Source: Octopus vulgaris
Taxonomy: Eukaryota
Reading direction: 5' to 3'
Assembly (NCBI GenBank): GCA_951406725.2
Contig: OX597819.1
Span: 26,412,001-26,476,000, forward strand
DNA length: 64,000 nt
Shown: in pieces, positions 57,282-64,000 of the stretch
Numbering within the stretch: position 1 is the first letter of the stretch
Layout of the letters: every line of letters starts with the position of its first letter
Notes under the pieces: generated by a model
What the model saw: only the letters and a program-made list of their open reading frames with translations
Told to the model about the DNA's origin: nothing
The model's database searches: none
Translations under genes and position numbers: made by a program

Positions 57282-57317
<36 letters not shown>

Positions 57318-57333
57318 ACACACACACACACAT

Positions 57334-57377
<44 letters not shown>

Positions 57378-57468
57378 TTAAAATAATAAGGATGAAAAAT
57401 TGAATATTAATTTGATTAATATCAATTCAAAACCAGTGGTCTAGCATATTAAACTCTGAAGATACAGA

Positions 57469-57528
<60 letters not shown>

Positions 57529-57650
57529 GACGGGTTTCTTTCAGTTTCCATACACCAAAAGTCCACTCACAAGTCTTTGGTCGGCCCGAGGCTATAGTAG
57601 AAGACACTATTTAAGGTGCCACGCAGTTGAACTGAACCCGGAACCATGTG
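57125..57650 (-). mobile_element. SINE family B with an AT-rich insert in its microsatellite
   Basis: Family B tail and head halves flank CT/CA/TA repeats and a ~100-bp unique segment (57375-57475). Confidence 0.85.
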
Positions 57651-58151
57651 CATATATATATATATATATTACGTTATTCGCGTGTCATTTCTCTTAACTC
57701 GTATATTACTATGAATAAACACTGTGGGTTTTTGATTGGAACATCGTTAGAGCGACAGGTGAAACAACGTTTGGTATATCTTCTGATTGTTTATGTTTTC
57801 GCTTCAATTCTACTGAGATCAACCACGCAATTTATCTCTTAGAAAAACTAAGGTACTATTGAAATACTGGGCTCGATTGTATCTACTAAGAACCACCTAG
57901 CAAACTGCTGGACTTGTGAGTGACTTAGAAAATCTTACTTGTAAGCAGTCGCACGTAAAAATAACACAGTATGCACACATATCCGCATATTTGGTTGTGT
58001 GCGGTTATGTATTCACGTATATTTAGGCAAAATATGCACATGCATAAAATTGAATGAAGTATATGTCATAATGAATTATGGCGTATATATTATGGAAGTA
58101 AACGCAACACATCGCACTTAAGCAGTTTTCAAGTTATAAATATTTGAAACA

Positions 58152-58543
58152 GTGGAGGCGCAATGGCCCAGTGGTAAGGGCAGCGGACTCGCGGTCATAG
58201 GATCGCGGTTTCGATTCCCAGACCGGGCATTGTGAGTGTTTATTGAGCGAAAACACCTAAAGCTCTACGAGGCTCCGGCAGGGGATGGTGGTGATCCCTG
58301 CTGTACTCTTTCACCACAACTTTCTCTCACTCTTACTTCCTGTTTCTGTTGTACCTGTATTTCAAAGGGCCGGCCTTGTCACTCTCTGTGTCACGCTGAA
58401 TATCCCCGAGAACTACGTTAAGGGTACACGTGTCTGTGGAGTGCTCAGCCACTTACACGTTAATTTCACGAGCAGGCTGTTCCGTTGATTCGGATCAACC
58501 GGAACCCTCGTCGTCGTAACCGACGGAGTGCTTCCTCTCTAAA
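58152..58543 (+). mobile_element. tRNA-derived SINE, family C head with alternative tail
   Basis: A-box TGGCCCAGTGG and B-box GGTTTCGATTCC. TSD ATTTGAAACA at 58142-58151 and 58544-58553. Confidence 0.9.
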
Positions 58544-58805
58544 ATTTGAAACAATTGAGTGAATTCTGCTCTTGCTATATTATGTGTACGCTTTCATAGC
58601 TAATATTAGTTGAAAGTCACATTCTGGCGGGATGAATTCGTACCCAGTTATCTACGACAATAGCGGTAGAACAGAAGGGAAATTTTACATTAGAAGGAAT
58701 TAGAATTCAGAATGTAAATTGCCCGACCTAAAATAATGTAAATTGTACGATGTTTTACACTCTAACGATTCATTTAATTCAGCGGCCGATCCGTGGCAAA
58801 ATAAT

Positions 58806-59200
58806 CCTGTCTAATATAGGCACAAGGCTTGGAATTTTGGGGAGGGGGATAGTCGATTACATCGACTCCAGTACTCAACTGGTACTTAATTTATCGACCC
58901 CGAAAGGATGAAAGGCATAGTCGACCTCGGGGGAATTTGAACTCAGAATGCAACGGCAGACGAAATACCTATTTCTTTACTACCCACAAGGGACTAAACA
59001 CAGCGGGGACAAACAAGGACTGACAAACGGATTGATTCGATTACATCGACCCCAGTGCGTAACTGGTACTTAATTTATCGACCCCGAAAGGATGAAAGGC
59101 AAAGTCGACCTCGGCGGAATTTGAACTCAACGTAACGGCAGACGAAATACCGCTAAGCATTTCGCCCGGCATGCTAACGTTTCTGCCATCTCGCCGCTTT
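58806..59200 (-). mobile_element. SINE-A heterodimer inserted as one unit within an older SINE cluster (~58560-59620)
   Basis: Same AAATAGGTATTTCG junction (~58968). 19-bp TSD CGATCCGT(G/A)GCAAAATAAT at 58787-58805 and 59201-59219. Confidence 0.88.
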
Positions 59201-61087
59201 CGATCCGTAGCAAAATAATAGTTTCTAATTTAGGTAAAGGTTCTGCAGTTTCGCGAGTTAAGGTTAGTTGATACCATCGACGCCAGCACTTGAATGATAG
59301 TTTATTTGTCCTCAGCAAGATTTGAACCCGGAACGTAGTAATGAGTAGGAAGAAATATAATAAAGCATTTTTCTGACGCTCTATTTTGCCAAACCAGCGT
59401 CCTAAATAAACGGTTCTAGTATGGGCACAAGACCTGATATTTTGAGAAAGTCTATTATATTTACCCCGAGCTCAACTGCTACATATTCTATCGGTCCTGA
59501 AAGTATGAAAGACAAAGTCGACCTCTGTGGCTTAGAATTCAAACGTAAAGATCCGGAGGAAATGCTGCTAATCATTTTGTCCGGCGCGGTAAACTTTCCA
59601 CCAGCTCGCCGCCTTCAACGCCCTAAACAATAAACGTTTCTAGTATTTCCTGTATCTATGTTAGTCTAATTACGTAAAATGGTAATTCTCCTCTGTTTAG
59701 TTTACTGCAGTATATCACTGGTATATATAAATTTATCAAGTGAAATCTCAAGAAAACAACATTCGATTTAGTTCACGATTAAATTGAGAAAATAGGGTCA
59801 CGAAACTGAATAATGTTTTAGTCTGGCACCATGCCAAATAATTAAGTGGATCTGATCAATATGTATGTGTGTATAGAAAAATTGAAGCGCTGCTACAGGC
59901 GCAGTCTAATACACGTTGCCACCTCTATGCTGTGTATTTCTATACATTTCAGCTCCTTTGAAAAGAAGAGATCCTGCAATCTCAACATGATTACTTGACC
60001 TTCTTAAAAAAGTAGCCACAACTCATGTAAATCACACTCTATCATCCTAATCGAAGAAAAAAGGGAAAAACATTGTTATGTGAGACATGTTACGCTATAC
60101 ATGTAAAGATATATAACATAGTAATTGCTTGAATGCCTAGCGTATAAAATCCTAGCGTATCAATCAATAATAACAATAATAACAGCAGTAACAAAAAGAG
60201 TATCAACAAAATGACATGTATTTAACGTAGAAAATGTGAACAAAGAAACGTATTGCAGGTTTATGGTATAAATAAAGCTCCACTTGAATTAAACCCACAT
60301 TGAAATGAAGCCAAATTCCGTGATTTGCTTGAACTGAAATATATAAAAACAAAACTCTGGAGATTATGGCAAACATGAATATCGAAGATTAACCGAAAGA
60401 AATATCTATGTCCTTGATTCATAAATAAGGCTAGATTATCATGTACCACGTATGTACCTGGAATAACGTTGTCATGAGAGAATCTCGTAAAGCATGAGGT
60501 CAAATTTGATGACCTTTGTGATCTTCTAATTTCATTGAAAATGAAGACGAAATAACTTCTATGCGGTCTGTTGCTGTACTAGAAATCGCTTGCATATTTT
60601 TCTTAAAACATACGATGCAGTTTTAGTAACAGAGTGAAAAGAAAAACGGATTGTAGTTCTGGTGATACTATCTTGGAAAATAAAGAATAATACTGGATAG
60701 TCACAATTGGAAAAACCTCTGACCACAGATCTCGATTACGGTTTTGTGGCAGTAATCAGCAAACAGGAATGATAATGATGTTGATGAGGAGGAAAAGATA
60801 CTGAAGATCCTTTTAACATTGGACCAATCATACAAAAGAATGTAGGGAAGTATAATCGATAGGGGAGGTTTCAGTATTTCGTTTGAGCTTTGTTTTATCG
60901 ATCCCGAGGAACGTGTACCGCAACGTGATTTGTTTAGTGTCCTACCGATTCCACCATACAATGCATTCATACGAATGAAAATAATGATATATCACTGGAA
61001 ACAAGAAAACAAAAATAAACACCACCGCAAAGCAAAGCTGATATAATATACAAATAAAATTCTATAAAACTGAAAGACAGAGCCACT

Positions 61088-61286
61088 ATTTTACTTGTTT
61101 CAGTGATTTGACTGTGGCCATGCTGGAGCACCGCCTTTAGTCGAGCAAATCAACCCCAGGACTTATTCTTTGTAAGCCTAGTACTTATTCTATCGGTCTC
61201 TTTTGCCGAACCGATAAGTTACGGGGACGATAAGTTACGAGCATCGGTTGTCAAGCGATGTTGGGGGTACAAACACAGACACACAA

Positions 61287-61339
<53 letters not shown>

Positions 61340-61497
61340 GACATATATACGACGGGCTTCTTTTAGTTTTCGTCTACCAAATCCACTCACAAGGCTTTGG
61401 TAGGCCCGAGGCTATAGTAGAAGACACTTGCCCAAGGTGCCTGAACCCGGAACCATGTGGTTCGTAAGCAAGCTACTTACCACACAGCCATTCCTAC
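61088..61497 (-). mobile_element. SINE family B
   Basis: Homologous to 44986-45394, with internal (CA)n. Confidence 0.9.
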
Positions 61498-61579
61498 GTC
61501 TATGAGTTCTACGTCAGAGATGTATACAGCTAACCAATAGACTAATGATGAGGATAATGATGATGATGGTCATCATCAC

Positions 61580-62285
61580 CATTTCTACTATGGGAATAAG
61601 GCCAGAAATTTGGGGAGTGTGGCCCCCAGTCCTTGACTAATATTTTATTTTGTCGACACTGAAAGGATGAAAGCAAAGCCGTCCTTTGTGATATTTGAAC
61701 TTAGAATATAATAATTAGGAAATAATAGTGTTAAGTTCTTTGTTCAGCGCGCTAACGATTCTGCCATTACGCTGCTTTTAAAAGTGGTTTCTAGGCTAGC
61801 AATTTTAGGGTGTAAGAGGGGGTGTAAATCGATTACATCGACCCCAGTCCGTGGCTGCTACTAATTTTATTGACCTCTGAGGGACGAAATGCTAAGTGGA
61901 ATATAAACTCAGTATATGAACTCAGTGGAATATAAACTCAGAGTATGAACTCAGTGGAATATGTTCTCAGAATATAAAGAACTAGAAGAAATACCTGTAA
62001 GTTTGATGTCCTACGCGCTAATGATTCTACCAGCTCGCTGCCTTAATCCTCTCTGCTACAGGCCAGAAGTCTGAAACCTGAAGGGAAAGGGTCAGTTTAT
62101 TACATCGACCCCAGTGTTCAACTACTACGTATGACATCGACCCCAGTGTTCAACTACTACGTATGACATCGACCAAAGAAGATAACAGGAAAAGTCGACC
62201 TCGACGCAGTTTGAACTCGCAATATCGAGACAGACAAATGCATTTAAGCACTTCTCCAGGCGTGATAACGATTCTTTCCGCTTAA
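61580..62285 (-). mobile_element. Degenerate array of three SINE-A-type units with local tandem expansions
   Basis: Core motifs repeated. Internal repeats of GAATATRAACTCAG (~61895-61975) and a 32-bp unit ACATCGACCCCAGTGTTCAACTACTACGTATG (62102-62174). Confidence 0.7.
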
Positions 62286-62909
62286 TCATAAAAAAAACAG
62301 AAACAACAATAATTATCTCACGTGACATGTATATCGATGATTAAGAGATTGGTGCTTTTAGTGTTATTGATTGTGCGAGTTAGTTAATATTGCAAATGTT
62401 ACTTTGATATTGAGTGATTATTGTATAAAACTCATGTTTTCTTCTCTGTATTATGTTTCTCTCATACTTCATCAATTCTTTACCACTTTTTACAATTTCT
62501 TTCTTATCACCTCATTTCTGATCAACAAACTACTTGATTCGTTGTTTGACAATATTTGAAGTTCGAATAATAATTAAATACGGTTCATCATGTGAAGAGA
62601 AGCCTGACTTAAACTTTCTTTTGATTCGCGTCTAAAATATTCAATAGCCAACATCACGATATGGTTTCTCAATACCGTACAGAACTTATTTATACGAGAA
62701 TGTGATGAATTTTTCATTAATACTATTAACGTCTCTGTCTCACATAACTGAAGATTCTATCCTATAAATACTCTGTTATACTGAATACAGATTTGAATAC
62801 ACGCATGTTGGTAAATTTGTCCCTTGAACAGCTGACGAAGCTGATTCAACTCTAGCCGGGAGTAACTGTAGTATATATGGGCAAAGTAAAAACAATAATA
62901 ATAATAATG

Positions 62910-62941
<32 letters not shown>

Positions 62942-63922
62942 CATAATATTAATCATGAAGTAAATGGTGATGTCGGAAAAAACTTTATCCACCGGAGAGT
63001 TTTCAGGAAAATTCAGGCCTTTCATTTGTTGCGTAAATTCATAGATCTAATATTTTGGCCTATTTTCAGTGCGTTTTATAATGAAGAAAATGAAGGGGAG
63101 TCGATGGTGCTGCCACTTCAGTTCATAGCTTGCCTTGGCTTTTGTCAGTCAGGGGATAAAATGAATGAGTCTTACTACACCTAAGTTTAATCGGTAGTTG
63201 TTGTACGAAGTAGGTTACCGAAGTCGACACATTTCGAAAATTGCTTAACTTGGTAACAAATATTCGTCTTATTATATAACCTAAATCCGCATATTTAAGT
63301 TCAGCATTCTGTAGTTTTGTTTAAAATCAATATAACCAAATTAATATATTTCCAAACGCAATGTGGGCAGCTAATTCATAGATGGAATTTCATGAGCTGA
63401 TGTTTTTGCAAACAGTTAAAAGGCCTACATAGTCTACAATGAACGTGAAACCAGCACGGCTGAGATCCCAGTTTTTTTATCCCCGACGATATTGTGTAAA
63501 AATACAAAATGTTCACGACTATTAAATAATGTATAGGTTAGAATCTACAGTTCCATTCTTCAATATAGAATGGAACTGAAACGAAAGGCTGTTTTGTTTA
63601 CTTGTCTCTGGCAGCGGAACGAAAATAAAAAAAAAAAAATAAAAAAAAACGAAGAATAAAACCCAGTGTCTGAAGAAAGCTTGGTTTTCAATTGAATCAA
63701 TAAAATTTGCACATGTATTGCGTGCATTTTAATCTTGCTTACACACACACCCACACATACACACACACACACATACACACACACACACGTTTAAATTTCC
63801 AACAGACTATCTGCAAATGTATATTAAGCACAATATATTACTACTTTTCCTTTCGTTTCTACGCGCACACAACAATTTATCTATCTATCTATTCCCCACA
63901 TCTCTCTCTCTCCCTATCTCTC

Positions 63923-63986
<64 letters not shown>

Positions 63987-64000
63987 GTGTTTGCAAATAT

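Noticed and set aside
58152-58226. tRNA gene (Arg-like)
   Set aside because: It is the head of a TSD-flanked SINE with a second copy at 41407-41716, and it has no proper acceptor stem.

Overview
AT-rich, microsatellite-dense eukaryotic DNA. The SINE families and overall composition point to an octopus or other coleoid cephalopod (inference). Most of the window looks like intron or intergenic sequence. The only credible host coding sequence is one exon at 24150/24176-24263 (RVQESDGNFFESFTALSWRQENKRL, followed by a GTGAGT donor), which I recall as the N-terminal motif of invertebrate BAIAP3/Munc13-4 proteins. The rest is transposon material: four tRNA-derived SINE families (named A-D here), RTE-type LINE remnants, a decayed hAT/Buster transposase, a decayed Tc1/mariner with intact TIRs, a non-autonomous Helitron, and decayed Penelope-like (PLE) ORFs. 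Three observations stand out. (1) Four short 'long hairpin + unique tail' insertions with unrelated sequences share one architecture; one contains a complete type I hammerhead ribozyme, and a separate PLE-like family carries an extra-A hammerhead variant. (2) SINE-A appears to insert at GGTA, including the GGTA in its own head, and the resulting dimers move as single units. (3) An RTE LINE and a SINE share a 3' tail, and both sit in (TA)n. Almost all long ORFs in the supplied track are microsatellite artefacts. All alignments and translations were done by eye, so the boundaries of decayed elements are approximate.
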